From the human T2T-CHM13v2.0 reference genome, Homo sapiens, in the NCBI RefSeq assembly GCF_009914755.1, contig NC_060927.1: a DNA stretch of 64,000 nt. The stretch is one strand, 5' to 3'. The position numbers and the translations under genes are program-made. Shown here piece after piece: positions 1 through 15,475 of this stretch (position 1 is the stretch's first letter; each line of letters opens with the position of its first letter). Below the pieces are notes generated by a model that had not been told where the DNA came from, ran no database searches, and was given only the letters and a program-made list of their open reading frames with translations.

Positions 1-194
1 TCAGCCTCCTGAGTAGCTGGGACTACAGGTGCCCGCCACCACACCCGGCTAATTTTTTTTTTTTTTTTGTATTTTTAGTAGACATGGGGTTTCACCATGT
101 TAGCCAGGATGGTCTCGCTCTCCTGACCTCGTGATCCGCCCGCCTCAGCCTCCCAAAGTGTTGGGATTACAGGCATGAGCTACCACGCCTGGCC
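1..194 (-). mobile_element. Alu (partial, cut by window edge)
   Basis: Reverse-complement Alu consensus (tcagcctcctgagtagctgggactacagg...cccaaagtgttgggattacaggc...ggcc). Confidence 0.95.
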
Positions 195-2639
195 AGGAAC
201 GAATTTTTATTGGAAATTACATTGGTTTGGTTTAGAAATATATTAATGTTGTATGTCAGAAACATGATTTATGAGTTTAGGCATACTAATTATTTGGCCT
301 GTGTAAACTTGAAATATTCAGTTTTAATTACTAAATTTTTGATTGGTTGTCCAGTTAAGTATAAATGTAGGTTAATATTATCTGACTCTGGTAATCTAAT
401 CTTAAAAAATAAACAGAATAGAGCTAAAAAAAATCCAGTTATCAAATGAAAAAGATAAGAAGCCATTGTTTATATAGGACCTATAATGTTTTGTGCTCCC
501 TAGCAGCAGTCTCAGAATTGTATTGACATCATTTCCAAGGCATAACAGAGCCAGCCAAACCGATTCAAGTGGGAATTGAGAAAACTGGTAGGAAAAAAAA
601 AATCTTGTCATCTGGCTTCATAATGGCACTTAACACTCACTTCCAAGCATTTGTGGATGATTCATAAAGCACTCAAAATGTAATCTGTACATACATACCC
701 ACTAATTTTCATGCATTTCCATTGTGTTTTGCTTTTGCATGCAAGCCGATGTTAGCTACAAATAAGCATGTCTGCTTGTACACATTCATTCAGTGAGCCT
801 TGTGTTTGTGATTTTATTATGTGTGAAAAACTAGCAATAAATTTGTGGTTTTTTTACTGAAATAAAGTACAAAGAGATGAAACACTAAGCTATCCTAAGA
901 GATTATCTACCCATTTTTATTTCTCTCTTTGCCTTCGCTCTATATGCTTAACAACATTGCAAAGTGAAAGAAATGTCAGAAATTTATCAGTTCAATCTTC
1001 TCATGTTTGCCAAAAACTAAGACCCAAAACGGTTTTAACAGGACAGCTGGATATTGGCAGAGACGTTGCCTGAGTCCTAGTTCAATTGATTTCCACCCCC
1101 CCTTTTCTATCTTGGAAGAAACTAATGACATTGAGTTTTTGTTACTGCTTGTTTTTTTTGAAGTAATTTTCAGTGCATGATTTGTCTCTCTGTGTTTTAA
1201 ACATAAAACACAAAAATATAAAATAGCAATGGGGATTGTATTATAAAATTCTCTAATTGGCAGTTATTCTTTAAAATTGTTATGTTGAAATTATATGCAT
1301 TTGCACATTATAGAAAATATTAAACATGTATATAGTTAATATGAGAAAATATTTAGGAGCAAATTAATATTTATTGAGCTCCTATTAAGTAACTTTTATA
1401 AGTAAAGAAAAAGGCATAAAGTATAGGAAATTAATTTGGCCCTCAGAGTGTTCACCATTTATTTTAAAGACAAAGATTGTATAACTGAGAAGGTAACAAT
1501 ACTACAGAGTAATAAAATCCAAGTAATGCAACTAATATTATGGATGAAAAGTCTGATCATTTCCAATTGAATGGTCAGTGAAGAGCCGATAAAGACAGCT
1601 GGATTTGAACATCATAGATGGTGGGAGGATTTGAATTAGTGGAGAGAAAGGGGGATAACAAACTTAGAAGGGTCCATCTTGAATAAAGGCATGTCTCAGA
1701 AAGTTAGGAGAAATAGGACGGTTCCTAAGGGATGTTGCGCAAGACATAAATTGGGTCAAGATTGTAGAGGATTTTGGCCTAAATAAAGGATATTGAGTAA
1801 AGGGGGTAATAAGAAAGGCAATTATTTTAGGAATACCAATCTGAATGTAGTGAACAGGATGGGGAGGGAGAATAGTGTAACTGCAAGGACAATGCAAAAG
1901 AATCCAAGGCAGTACTCAAGGTGTGATGTAATAAGGGGGCTGGGGCTGGGAATGGAAATGGTAAGATTAGAAAGCTATAAGTTATTGCAAAAGAAGAACT
2001 AGGATTTGGCTTCCTGATCTGGGGAAGAAGAAGGGAGGGAGGAGCCAAAACTCTTCATGTTTTGGGCATGGGTAACCGGAAAACAGATAACACTAATAGA
2101 AATGAGGATGTCATGAGGTACAGCTACTTCCTGGAAAAGGTGATGAGTTCAGTTTTAAGCTTGAATTTGAGGTAATTTTAGGAAAATGGGGGTGGTGAAA
2201 GGAGATACTAAAACTGGAAAGACAGACTTGGTGATCAGTTGAATAAAAGGGTTGAGAAATGGGAGTGCATAAACCTTTTAAGGGAGAGCAACCCTAGAGA
2301 ACAGCCGACCTGAGAGTTTGGCTCTACTTAGAACTGAGGTGGCAGAAACATCGCGAAAGTGCTTGGCATTTTGCATATGCTTAATGATAAAATCTTTAAA
2401 GAGAGTGCAAATGGTTAAGAAATGAGGCAGTGAATGCTAAAACATAGTTGAGGTGAGGGAGGTATTTTTCCAACTACAGAAGGCATTATGTTTGAAGGCT
2501 ATAATAAGTGGCACTAGCAGAAAAATTTTAATTATAAACAAGGTAGCACTATAGGAATTTCAGAAAAGACAAATTTACCCTTTTTAGCCATAAATTTCCC
2601 TTGCTAAGAAGACAGAGAAGGTGGTAGATCAGCAAATAA

Positions 2640-3350
2640 TAATCATAATTACCATTTATTGAGTCCTTCGTGTCACTATGTTAAGCACTTTACACATTGT
2701 TTAATTTTCTAAATACTCTGAGCAAAAAGGTGAGCATTAGAGAAGTTAAGTAACTGTCTACTGTCATACAGCTTTTAAGCAGAACAGCTGGGTTTCATAT
2801 CCAGGTCTGTCTACACACAAGGTGAAAGCCAAGCTTTGGAGTTGTATGGCCCTGGGTTGACTTTTGGCTGAGCTACTGATTAGCTGTGTAGCATACTGCT
2901 CATTTATTCCATAAATATTCAAAGCTTGCCCTGTGTCAGGTGCCTTGCTAGTCGCTGTGGCTACATAGTGCCCTCAAAGAGCTCACTATTCAGGGAAGGT
3001 GGCAAATAAGAAAACAAGAATCACAGTATGGGGTGTCAGCAATACTATATAAATCAGCTAAGGGGGGAGTGTGGGACCACATGAGAAGGGCATCTGTTTT
3101 ACAGAAACCTTAGCGGTTTAAACTAACAGCAGGGCTACATCTACTGATGAATAAAACAGAGCTTACTTCTGGCTCAGCATTTAGTATCTGTGTGACCATG
3201 GGCAAGTTATTAATTTCTCTATTCTTCAGTTTCCCCATATCTAAAATGGGGAAATTAATAATCCCTCTCTACTAAGATTGTTGTTAGACTACATAAGTTA
3301 ACAAAATGTAAAGAGCTTAACAGTACCTAGCACATATTAAGGGCTCAATA
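2640..3350. mobile_element. Decayed MIR/L2-type fragments
   Basis: MIR-like motifs (gtgtgaccatgggcaagttattaatttctct...cagtttccccatatctaaaatgggg; gaagttaagtaact); boundaries approximate. Confidence 0.55.
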
Positions 3351-3382
3351 AATGGGGCTTACCACGCTGTTGGCATTGCTAA

Positions 3383-3782
<400 letters not shown>

Positions 3783-4389
3783 TTTCCACTTTTATTTTTT
3801 AAAATGACAGAAACAGCAGTGGAATGAAATGTTCTAATACATATCAAATAGAGGGAAAAATCATTATCTTGAAAATCAAGCTGTAGGTAATTCTAGATTA
3901 AGATATTGAAATTCTTTTTGCCGAAGTCATTTCTTTATGATTAACTTAAGGAAATAAAAGGAGAAATAATGGAAATGTATTTATATACTAACCTAAGGGT
4001 TTTCACTATAACCCCTTTCCCTTTGCAAAAGTAAAATGTCTTTCACTGATAATGTACAAATCAGAGGATTTGGAAGACAGGGCTATTTTCTTGGAAACAA
4101 GAAGATAAGAGATCTGATACAATCTTTAGAAACTTAAATTCTTCATTAAACTCAGTAGAAGCTTTACGCAAGGTAACTCATAAGAAAATGGGTGGGAAAA
4201 ATACTTGTTTCCTAAATCTAAATGAAATATTTAAAATAACACAAATATGTAAATAAGGAATCAAATTATAGCACAATTAAATAAGTCACTTGTATTTTAA
4301 AAAATAATCATATACATATATGAAAGGTAAGCCCATAGAAATTAAAATGCATTCTAGAATGAAATATTGTTTTTAGAAAGTATAATACA

Positions 4390-4545
4390 GTACACATTTA
4401 GAGTCATCTAGAAAGCTTATTAAAAATGTAGATTCCCAGCCTCATTCATAGATAACCTGACATTAGTTTGAGTGGGGCTAGATTTGCACTTTTAACAAAT
4501 ACCCCACATGATTTTCATGTAGGTGGTCTGCAGACTGATTTCTCA
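4390..4545. mobile_element. MER5-like hAT DNA transposon remnant
   Basis: Motifs ttaaaaatgtagattcccagcc and gatttgcacttttaacaaataccccacatgatt resemble MER5A/B. Confidence 0.5.
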
Positions 4546-4629
4546 GAAACAGAAAAGATACAAAAAGCAGATCCAGATTACCAGCATCAGATAGACTTAA
4601 AGGACCTAATTATTTTTACCCTCTCTCTC

Positions 4630-4737
4630 TTACCCCTGCCCAGAGATCTGTATCATAAAATGAACATTACCCCTGGCCAAAGATCTGTATCATAAAATGA
4701 ACATTCCTGCCCAAAAATCTGTATCATAACATGAACA
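4630..4737. repeat. 37-bp tandem repeat, ~3 copies
   Basis: ttacccctgcccagagatctgtatcataaaatgaaca (4630-4666), near-identical copy 4667-4703, shorter third copy 4704-4737. Confidence 0.9.
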
Positions 4738-4771
4738 TAAGAATATAAATTTTTCTAAAATTAATAAATGA

Positions 4772-5065
4772 GGCCGGGCACAGTGGCTCAGGCCTGTAAT
4801 CCCACCACGGTGGGAGGCCGAGGCGGGTGGATCACGAGGTCAGGAGATCACAACCATCCTGGCTAACACGGCGAAACCCCATCTCTACTAAAAATACAAA
4901 AATATCAGCCGGGTGTGGTGGCCGGCGCCTGTAGTCCCAGCTACTCAGGAGGCTGAGGCAGGAGAATGGCATGAACCTGGGAGGCAGAGCTTGCAGTGAG
5001 CCAAGATGGCAACACTGCACGCCAGCCTGGGCAACAGAGCGAGACTCTGCGTCAAAAAAAAAAAA
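4772..5065 (+). mobile_element. AluY with 15-bp TSD
   Basis: ggccgggc...polyA; TSD aaaattaataaatga at 4757-4771 and 5066-5080. Confidence 0.95.
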
Positions 5066-6737
5066 AAAATTAATAAATGAAGTGGCTCATAGATTGTGGC
5101 TCAAAGAAGCTGTTACTCTTCTTCACATGGCTTCAGATTGTTTTATTAGATATTGATTAAGAACTGACATTTGGCTAGAGCCTATACTAGATGTTTTCAC
5201 CTATACCACCTCAGTATTCCTAAGAATCCTATGACATTCTACTTTAGAGATTAGGAAAGGGTGCTCTGGCTTCAAGTAACAGAAACCCAATTTCAAGTGG
5301 TTTAAACCAAAAGGAAAGGTGTTGACTACAATAACAGTAATCCAGAGGTAGGGTAGACTTCTGGATTGGTTGAACCAATAATTGAAGAATGTCATTCAGG
5401 ACTCTTTTTTTTTTTTTTTTTTCCCATCTCTGCTTTGCCATCTAATGTGCCAGCTTCACCCTAAAGCTGGTTTTCCTTTTGGTCATAGGATAGTTGCTGC
5501 TTGTGACAGAGGTTTCATTCTCTCATTCACATCCAGGAGGAGGGGTTGCTGGCTTTCCATAACATAGGCCCAAATTAAATTACTGTGGTAATAGAATAGC
5601 ATTCCTCTATTTGGCTTAGACCAGTGTTTTGAAATCTTAAAAGAAAATTATCCTCTAAGGAATATTTTTAGACCTTTTTTTCCGTTTTTGTCTCTCCCAT
5701 GAAATTTTAATGCAGAGATACACTGTATACCTGTTTATGCACTGTATGCTTTATACATAAACAAGGTTATCACCCTACCCCTATTGAGAATGCTTGACCT
5801 AGATTAATTTAGGTTCACTCCTGGAACTATGAATGTCAGCTTTCCTTGAAGCTGATGTCTGTGTGAAGGAGGTATGGATATAGAGCAAAAATATGGGTTC
5901 TACTTGTATGAAAGAAGTAAAGAGTGTGTAGATTCTGGGTAGGCAAGCAGTGGTGGCCACTATTCAAGCTGAGAGAGAAAACAAATAATTTGTTCAAGTA
6001 CTGATAAGTGGTAAAAATCAGTTCAGACCAGGATGTCTGATTTCATCTGCAGTGCGCTATTCACTATAATTTAGTTGTCCATTTTTAGCTTGCCTTGGTG
6101 GTAACTTAAAAATGGAGAGACTCTTGGGCATTTTAGAGTCAGACTGTCATGGGTTCTGTATTTACTGGTTGTGTAAACAAGTCATTTGAGCTATCTTAAC
6201 TTTATATTCTTCATCTTTTTTTAAAAAAGAATTCCTTTACTATCAAGATGCTAGGGTTTAAAAGGTGGATTAAATAAACTAAAACATGTAAAACAACAAG
6301 ACAATGTCTTTGTAAGTGTTAGTTCCCTTTCACTATTTCATTTTTCTTTCTGAAAAATATTAAGGGAAGGCTTTTGGATTCATGGTCTAAGAAATATGTG
6401 AGTAGAATTTATAAAATTGTTAATTAAAAATTCATCTATTCCCTTTCAAAAGTTTTGTATTTTTTACAGAATGGACACTATAGTTAGCATACTTAGGAGC
6501 TATCATGTCCACAAACCTTATTCAGATATGGTGACAACTCTATATTATATATAAAGATTCAAGGAAAAGTATATTTTAAAGGGTTTATTTATGTGTGCTG
6601 GTTGCAGAAAAGCTGAACGTTAGGTTAAGTACAAAGAATTTGTAGATTGCCTTCAGTTATATGATCAGAAGAGTCTGAAAATAATGAAAATTAAAGGTCA
6701 GATGTTTATGAATGTTCATCTATGCTTTATTTTCTAG

Positions 6738-6862
6738 GATAAATCTATAAGCACAAGTTTACCTGTCCTAGATTTAATAGATGCCATTGCACCAAATGCA
6801 GTTCGTCAAGAAATGATCAGGAGAGAAAACTTATCTGATGAGGACAAGCTGAACAATGCTAA
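6738..6862 (+). CDS. PLS1: Plastin-1 penultimate coding exon (CH4 domain of ABD2)
   Basis: tttctag|GAT...GCT AA|gtaagc; translates [42 protein letters not shown], recognisable plastin/fimbrin sequence; 125 nt, ends phase 2. Confidence 0.95.
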
Positions 6863-7108
6863 GTAAGCCTTTATGGTTTATATTACAATACATGGCCCTT
6901 TAATTCTCTAAAATCCTTATAGGAAAAGTTACTATGCCCTTAAAATTCATATTTTTAAATATAACTTATATGTGAGTCTTAGATTTAAGACTCACAAACT
7001 TAACCTTTTCGTAAAACTAATCTTGTCAAAATATTTCACTCTTTTGTTAAAATATGTTAAGTGAAAACACAGTGGATAACACCAAGATATTTTTCTTGTC
7101 TCTTCAAG

Positions 7109-7244
7109 ATACGCCATTTCAGTTGCTCGAAAGATCGGTGCCCGGATATATGCATTACCTGATGACCTCGTAGAAGTGAAACCAAAGATGGTTATGACGG
7201 TGTTTGCATGCTTAATGGGAAAAGGACTGAACAGAATAAAATAA
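7109..7244 (+). CDS. PLS1: Plastin-1 last coding exon
   Basis: tcttcaag|A TAC...; (K)[44 protein letters not shown]; phase matches previous exon; TAA 7242-7244. Confidence 0.95.
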
Positions 7245-8900
7245 TCATTTCATATGATTTTCTGCCACATTAAACATATTGTATGCCTCACAGTTTACAG
7301 GATTCTGAAATGTAGTGGGTGTAAAACCAGAGATTATTTGTATGCTCAAAATAGTTATATATTCATTAATGAATTCAATATCCTGTTCATACTAGTTAGA
7401 GCTGGTCAGCCTTTTTGGGTAACACAGTTAATTTACCAACTGATACAGATAATAGAATATATTCATAATCAAGCTGATACTTCATGATTAAATTATTTTT
7501 GTTGCTTAAAAGTCGTATTAGACAAGACTAAATCATTCTTTTTTATGGTTCAAAAAAGATGAATACAAACGTTTTTGCAGGTTCTGCTGTGAAATGTGGT
7601 TTGATTTTTTTGGTGTGTTAATTTTGATCATAAATGCATTCATACTCATAATCCAGTTTAATCCTTTTATTTGCTTCCTCCAACTATTTAAAGTGGTCCA
7701 AAAACACTTTTCTGTAAGTTTCTATACTGTCTAAAACCTTATGGTGACCAGAATTGTTTATTAATATCAAACTTTTTTATATATGAGAACTAATTCTTGA
7801 ATAAACCCCAAAGTTCACTCTCTTGTTTAAGTAGCAGCAGCTTTTTACTTAAAATTTAATTTTAACTACATTGATACTTTACACATCCTAGTTTGGTAAC
7901 ACAGCTTTAACTATGTCATGCAACATATATATGTTGGTAGGATGTTATTAGAGAGATATGTGTGCATATATATTTTTTTGCACCTGAATCACCCAGCTTT
8001 TCATAAGTGGTATGTTTAATTGGTCATTCAGCCAACCATCAGTATTTTCCCCCCACAACATGTGTAACACTTTTCAGTCTGTGGATATCTGATACATTAA
8101 GATTTCTTTTTATAAGTATTCATTTTGAATGTGCATATAGTTATTTGACCCCTTCCAAATACTTGTAGCCAAACATTGGCTAGAACATCCCAAGATATGC
8201 TGACACTGTCCTGTTAGCTTCATATTATACTTGCTAGTTTAGGTCTCTATAGAAGCCCTATATAATTTAGAATATGCCCACTGAATATCTTTAATAGAAA
8301 GTAACATAAAGCTAGTATTCAATGTAGAGTATTTTCATATGTTTTTCACAGCCCGTTACAAATTGGCAATGTTTGGTTAATGTTTGTATTACTTGGAAAT
8401 CGCTACAGCTTGGACTATTTTTTTCTAAATTTTTAGCATTAGTCCATTTCTGCTGCTAACAATTGAATCCAGAAATCTACTTTCTCCATCTTCCACTGTT
8501 AGTGCCAGTGAGCAATACTGTTGTGCAACAAAAATGTCACTTTATCTCAGTGTGAATGAGTAGTCTAAATTCCCTTTCTACCATTGATTTAAATATATAT
8601 ATTGGTAAGAGAGACTGCCCATGTGTTTAGAATAGAATTTTTTAAATGAAATGATCAACAGGTGGAATTTGAAATATATTCTTCTACAAAAGAGATTTCT
8701 TTCCCTTTTATATTTTGATGATTGTTTTCTTAAGATTAAGATATGTTCTTGCTCTTTTATAAGATTATTTAAATTATGTTTCCCTCTGATTTTTTTTCAC
8801 CATTGTATTTACTAAGTTATTGGATTTACATGAAATCTGGCACTTTAGGGTGTTCTTTTTCTCACAGAGTATATTTAATAAAAATGCTGTGTATATAGAA
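7245..8900 (+). other. PLS1: PLS1 3' UTR (AT-rich, no obvious interspersed repeats)
   Basis: Follows stop codon; ends near AATAAA 8877-8882 followed by GT/T-rich tract; end coordinate inferred. Confidence 0.75.
8877..8882 (+). terminator. PLS1: Distal polyadenylation signal of PLS1
   Basis: AATAAA followed ~20 nt later by tgtgttttatatttattt downstream element. Confidence 0.7.
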
Positions 8901-9139
8901 ATGTGTTTATATTTATTTCATTTGAAGAAAAATATTCAGCCTTGAAAATTAGTCTAGCATAAGCTTATTTTCCAGAAAAGAAAAGAATTCCTAAATGAGT
9001 TAGTAAAACAAAAAAAAAATTGTGTCTGATTTCTTTGAAGATGAGGGTAGTTCTTTTGTTCTTAAATATGAAGAATTATTAAAAACCAACTGTGTGATTA
9101 CTACAATTTAGTTTGTGCTGAAATAATTCAGGTGAATCA

Positions 9140-9560
9140 ATCCATTCACAAATTTATCATTTATTATGATCCAGATACTATGCTAGACACTGGGGATTCA
9201 TCTGAAAAAAATACAGATGAAGTCTCCTGACCTCATGTATCACATCCATGTATGATATCCTAGTAGAGAGACAATTCGTAAATAGGAATTTTAGACAGTG
9301 ATAATGCAGTAGAAGAAATAACATAAGGTAATGTGATAGAGACTGACTTGGGAAATGGAGTGGAGATTATTTGTATTTGGGTGGTCAGGGAAGGTCTCTC
9401 TAAGGATATTTGTGCTATAAGTGTTCAGCAGAGAGAACAAATGTAAAGAACCTGAAGCAGGCAGTCCTGTAGGCATCCTAGAAGACAAACAGGTGAACAT
9501 GACCTGAGAGTACTGAGGGAGAGGCAGAGTCTGGAGATGGAGATGGAGTCTAGGGTATTG
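9140..9560. mobile_element. L2-like remnant
   Basis: cattcacaaattta...ccagatactatgctagacactgggga...gtggtcagggaaggtctctct motifs typical of L2 3' end. Confidence 0.5.
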
Positions 9561-9799
9561 TAGGACTAGATCTAAATCTGGATTTTTTTTTTTCTTCTCT
9601 GACTGGAGTCATGACTGCTCTTTTGTATATGTGGTTTGGGTAAGCTGCTTGAAGTAATATGCTGCTTCTGAATCTTGGATGCTACTGTTCATCATAACTC
9701 TGCCACTGGTCTCTGTATCACCTGTGTAGAAAAAACTGATGATAGGCTGCATAGATTATGTTAAAATACCCCAATTTATGCTGGATAAATAGTGTACCA

Positions 9800-10400
<601 letters not shown>

Positions 10401-11400
10401 GTGTATCAGAGAGGTAAGAGAGGATTTCTGCAGCTGAGATGATCCAAAAAGACTTGTGAAGAACAGGGTGCAGTTGCAACACTGGCTTAGTTTGAAGTAG
10501 GAACAGCACCCCCACCCCCAGCACTTTGAAAGGCCTCCTAGAATTATCTACCAAAGTAAGTTGGGATTCCCCAGTCTTAGAAATTAATCCAGCCCCTATG
10601 GGAGTCCTCTGGATAAAGAATCATCTAGGTCCAGCAACTTGCAAATGCCTCGGATTAAAGTGAAGCTATATCTACATCGCGCTCTATCTCGCTTGCTCTC
10701 CTGCTATATCACATGTGCGACATAGTTCTGAGCCATCTAAATTTTTTCCCTCAAACACGAAGTTTTGGGTACATCAGGGTTAGTGTTTTTCTGCTACTAA
10801 CTAAAAATTGTGCTGCACTACAGAGAGTGTAAGCACACACGCATAAATACAAATATGTGCCACTGTTCACTGGCCACAAATTTACAGGAACAATCTTGAC
10901 ATTCCACCAAATAAACTTGGAACTGTATTAAACATTACAAAATGAGGAAGATTTACCATCTACTAGGGATAAGACAGAAAACAAACTCAATAGATTATCA
11001 ACTGTTTTGAAGTAAATACATGAAAATGTTTGGAAAGACGGTCTGCTAAGGCCTCTTAGAAAAGACCTAACAAAGACTTTGAATTATGAGAAAGTTGTAT
11101 TTAGGAAATTTTGGGAGTTAACGTGCTGGCTGAGACAGGGATGGAACATACCAGCCTGAACAGGATAGGGAGTATTTCCTCCAAATATAAGATACTCTGA
11201 AGTAAATTTATGTATTCTTTTAAAAACCTAAAACTTTAAAGGCACAATTTAGAGTTTTCTATATGATTATGGGAAGCAACAGGAATTATTCAAGAGGCGG
11301 AATTTCCAGTTTCTCCTCCATTACCTTTTAAAAGCAGAAGACAACAGCAACTCTATAATGGTTATAATACTTTAAAAGTTTGGTTAAAAATAAATTATTT

Positions 11401-11723
<323 letters not shown>

Positions 11724-11904
11724 TCATTCAACTCTTGCCCAAATAACAGATCTGTCTTTTAAAATCAGATTCATAAACGTGATGACAAACTTATCCAATA
11801 GTTACATGTCCATACTTTTGAATTAATTGCAAACACATGTGTGACAATAGGAATCTTATGCCAATTTCAGATCACAAACTGGTTGTTAAAAAATATACAG
11901 ACTC

Positions 11905-12595
<691 letters not shown>

Positions 12596-13051
12596 TCACA
12601 TCATAGGACTCAGTGCAGACAACCCCCAATACCAGCCCAGAGCCTGATAGACTTGCTGGGTGGCTAGATCCAGAAGAGAGATAACAATCACTACAGCTTG
12701 GCTCTCAGGAAGCCACATCCCTAGGAAAAGGGGGAGAGTACTACATCAAGGGAACACCTCATGGGACAAATGAAGCTGAACAGCAGCCTTGAGCCCTAGA
12801 CCTTCCATCGGACATAGACTACCCAAATGAGAAGGAACCAGAAAAACAATTCTGGTAATATGACAAAACAAGGCTCTTTAACACCCCCCAAAAAATCACA
12901 CTAGCTCACCAGCAATGGATCCAAACCAAGATGAAATCCCTGATTTACCTGAAAAAGAATTCAGGTCAGTTACTAAGCTAATCAAAGACGCACCAGAGAC
13001 AGGTGAAGCCCAATTTAAAGAAATAAAAAAAAATAAGAGGAAATACGGGGA

Positions 13052-13215
13052 GGCCAGGTATGGTGGCTCATACCTGTAATCCTAGCCCTTTGGGAGGCCG
13101 AGGTGGGTCGATCACTTGAGGCCAGGAGTTCAAGGCCAGCCTGAGCAACATGGCAAAACCCCGTCTCTACTAAACAAAAGAAACAACAACAACAACAACA
13201 ACAACAAAAAACAAA
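13052..13215 (+). mobile_element. Alu left monomer inserted in L1 ORF1
   Basis: ggccaggtatggtggctc...ctctactaaa followed by (CAA)n tail. Confidence 0.85.
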
Positions 13216-15176
13216 ATGAGGGGAGAAAACTTCCGTGAAATAGATAGCATAAATAAAAAACAATCGAAACTTCAGGAAACAATGGATGCACTTAGAGAAA
13301 TGCAAAATGCTCTGGAAAGTCTCAGCAATAGAATCGAACAAGCAGAAGAAAGAACTTCAGAGCTCGAAGACAAGGTTTTCAAATTAATCCAATCCAACAA
13401 ATACAAAGAAAAAAGAATAAAGAAAAAATGAACAAAGACTCCAAGAAGTCTGGGATTATGTTAAACAACCAAACCTAAGAATAATTGGCATTCTTGTGGA
13501 AGAAGAAGAGAAATCTAAAAGTTTGGAAAACATATTTGGGGGAATAATTGAGGAAAACTTCCCCAGCCTTGCTAAAGACCTAGACATCCAAATACAAGAA
13601 GCTCAAAGAACACCTGGGAAACTCATCGCAAAAAGATCATCGCCTAGGCACATTGTCATCAGGTTATCAAAAGTTAAAATGAAGGAAAGAATCTTAAGAG
13701 CTGTGAGGCAAAAGCACCAGGTAACCTATAAAGGAAAATCTATCAGATTAACAGCAGATTTTTCAGAAGAAACCCTACAAGCTAGAAGGGACTGGGGCCC
13801 TATTTTCAGTCTCCTTAAACAAAACAATTATCACCCAAGAATTTTGTATCCAGCGAAACTAAGCTACATAAATGAAGGAAAGATACAGTTTTTTTCAGAC
13901 AAATGCTGAGAGAATTCACCACTACCAAGCCAGCACTACAAGAACTGCTAAAAGGAGCTCTAAATCTTGAAAAAAATCCTGGAAGCACATCAAAACAGAT
14001 CCTCTTTAAAGCATCAATCTCACAGGACCTATACAACAAAAATACAATTTAAAAAAAAAACAACCCAAGGTATACAAGCAACAAATAGCACAATGAATGG
14101 AATAGCACCTCATATCTCAATACTAACATTGAATGTAAATAGTCTAAATGCTCCACTTAAAAGATGCAGAATTGCAGAATGGATAAGAATTCACCAACAA
14201 ACTATTTGCTGCCTTCAAGAGACCCACCTAACACATAAGGATTTGCATAAACTTAAGGTAAAGGGGTGGAAAAAGACATTTCATGCAAATGGACACCAAA
14301 AGCAAGGAGGAATAGCTATTTTTATATCAGACAAAACAAACTTTAAAGTAACCACAGTTAAAAAAGACAAAGAGGGACATTACATAATGACAAAAGGCCT
14401 TGTCCAATAGGAAAATATCACAATCCTAAATATATATGCACTTAAGACTGGAGCTCCCAAGTTTATAAGACAATTACTACCAGACCTAAGAAATAAGATA
14501 GACAGCAACACAATAATAGTGGGGGATTTCAATACTCCACTCACAGTACTAGACAGGTCATCAAGACAGAAAGTCAACAAAGAAACAATGGATTTAAACT
14601 ATACCCTGGAACAAATGGGCTTAACAGATGTTTACGTAACATTCTACCAAACAACTGCAGAATATACATTCTATTCATCAGCACGTGGAACTTTCTCCAA
14701 GATAGATCATATGATAGGCCACAAAACAAATCTCAATAAATTTAAGAAAATTAAAATTATATCAAGCACTCTCTCAGACCACAGTGGAATAAAACTGAAA
14801 ATCAACTCCAAAAGGAACCTTCAAAACTATGCAAATACATGGAAATTAAATAACCTGCTCCTGAATGACAACTGGGTCAAAAATGAAATCAAGATGGAAA
14901 TTTAAAAATTTTTCAAGCTGAACAACAATAGTGACATGACTTATCAAAACCTCTGGGATACAGCAAAGGTGGTGCTAAGAGGAAAGCTCATAGCCCTAAA
15001 TGCCTACATCAAAAAGTCTGAAAGAGCACAAATAGACAATCTAAGGTCATACCTCAAGAAACTAGAGAAACAAGAACAAACCAAACCCAAACCCAGCAGA
15101 AGAAAGGAAATAAGATCGGAGCAGAGCTAAATGGAATTGAAATGGAAAAAAAAAAATACAAAAGACAAATGAAATA

Positions 15177-15475
15177 GGCCGGGCGCAGTGGCTCACGCCT
15201 GTAATCCCAGCACTTTGGGAGGCCGAGGCGGGCAGATCACAAGGTCAGGAGATCGAGACCATCCTGGCTAACACAGTGAAACCCCGTCTCTACTAAAAAA
15301 ATACAAAAAATTAGCCCGGCGTGGTGGTGGGCACCTGTAGTCCCAGCTACTCAGGAGGCTGAGGCAGGAGAATGGCATGAACCCGGGAGGCAGAGCTTGC
15401 AGTGAGCTGAGATTGCGCCACTGCACTCTATCCTGGGTGACAGAGCAAGACTCCATCACAAAAAAAAAAAAAAAG
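15177..15475 (+). mobile_element. AluY inserted in L1 ORF2
   Basis: ggccgggcgcagtggctcacgcc...gagatcgagaccatcctggctaacac; polyA. Confidence 0.95.

Noticed and set aside
4630-4737. 37-bp repeats resembling a CRISPR array
   Set aside because: Units are contiguous with no unique spacers, no cas genes, and the context is a mammalian intron
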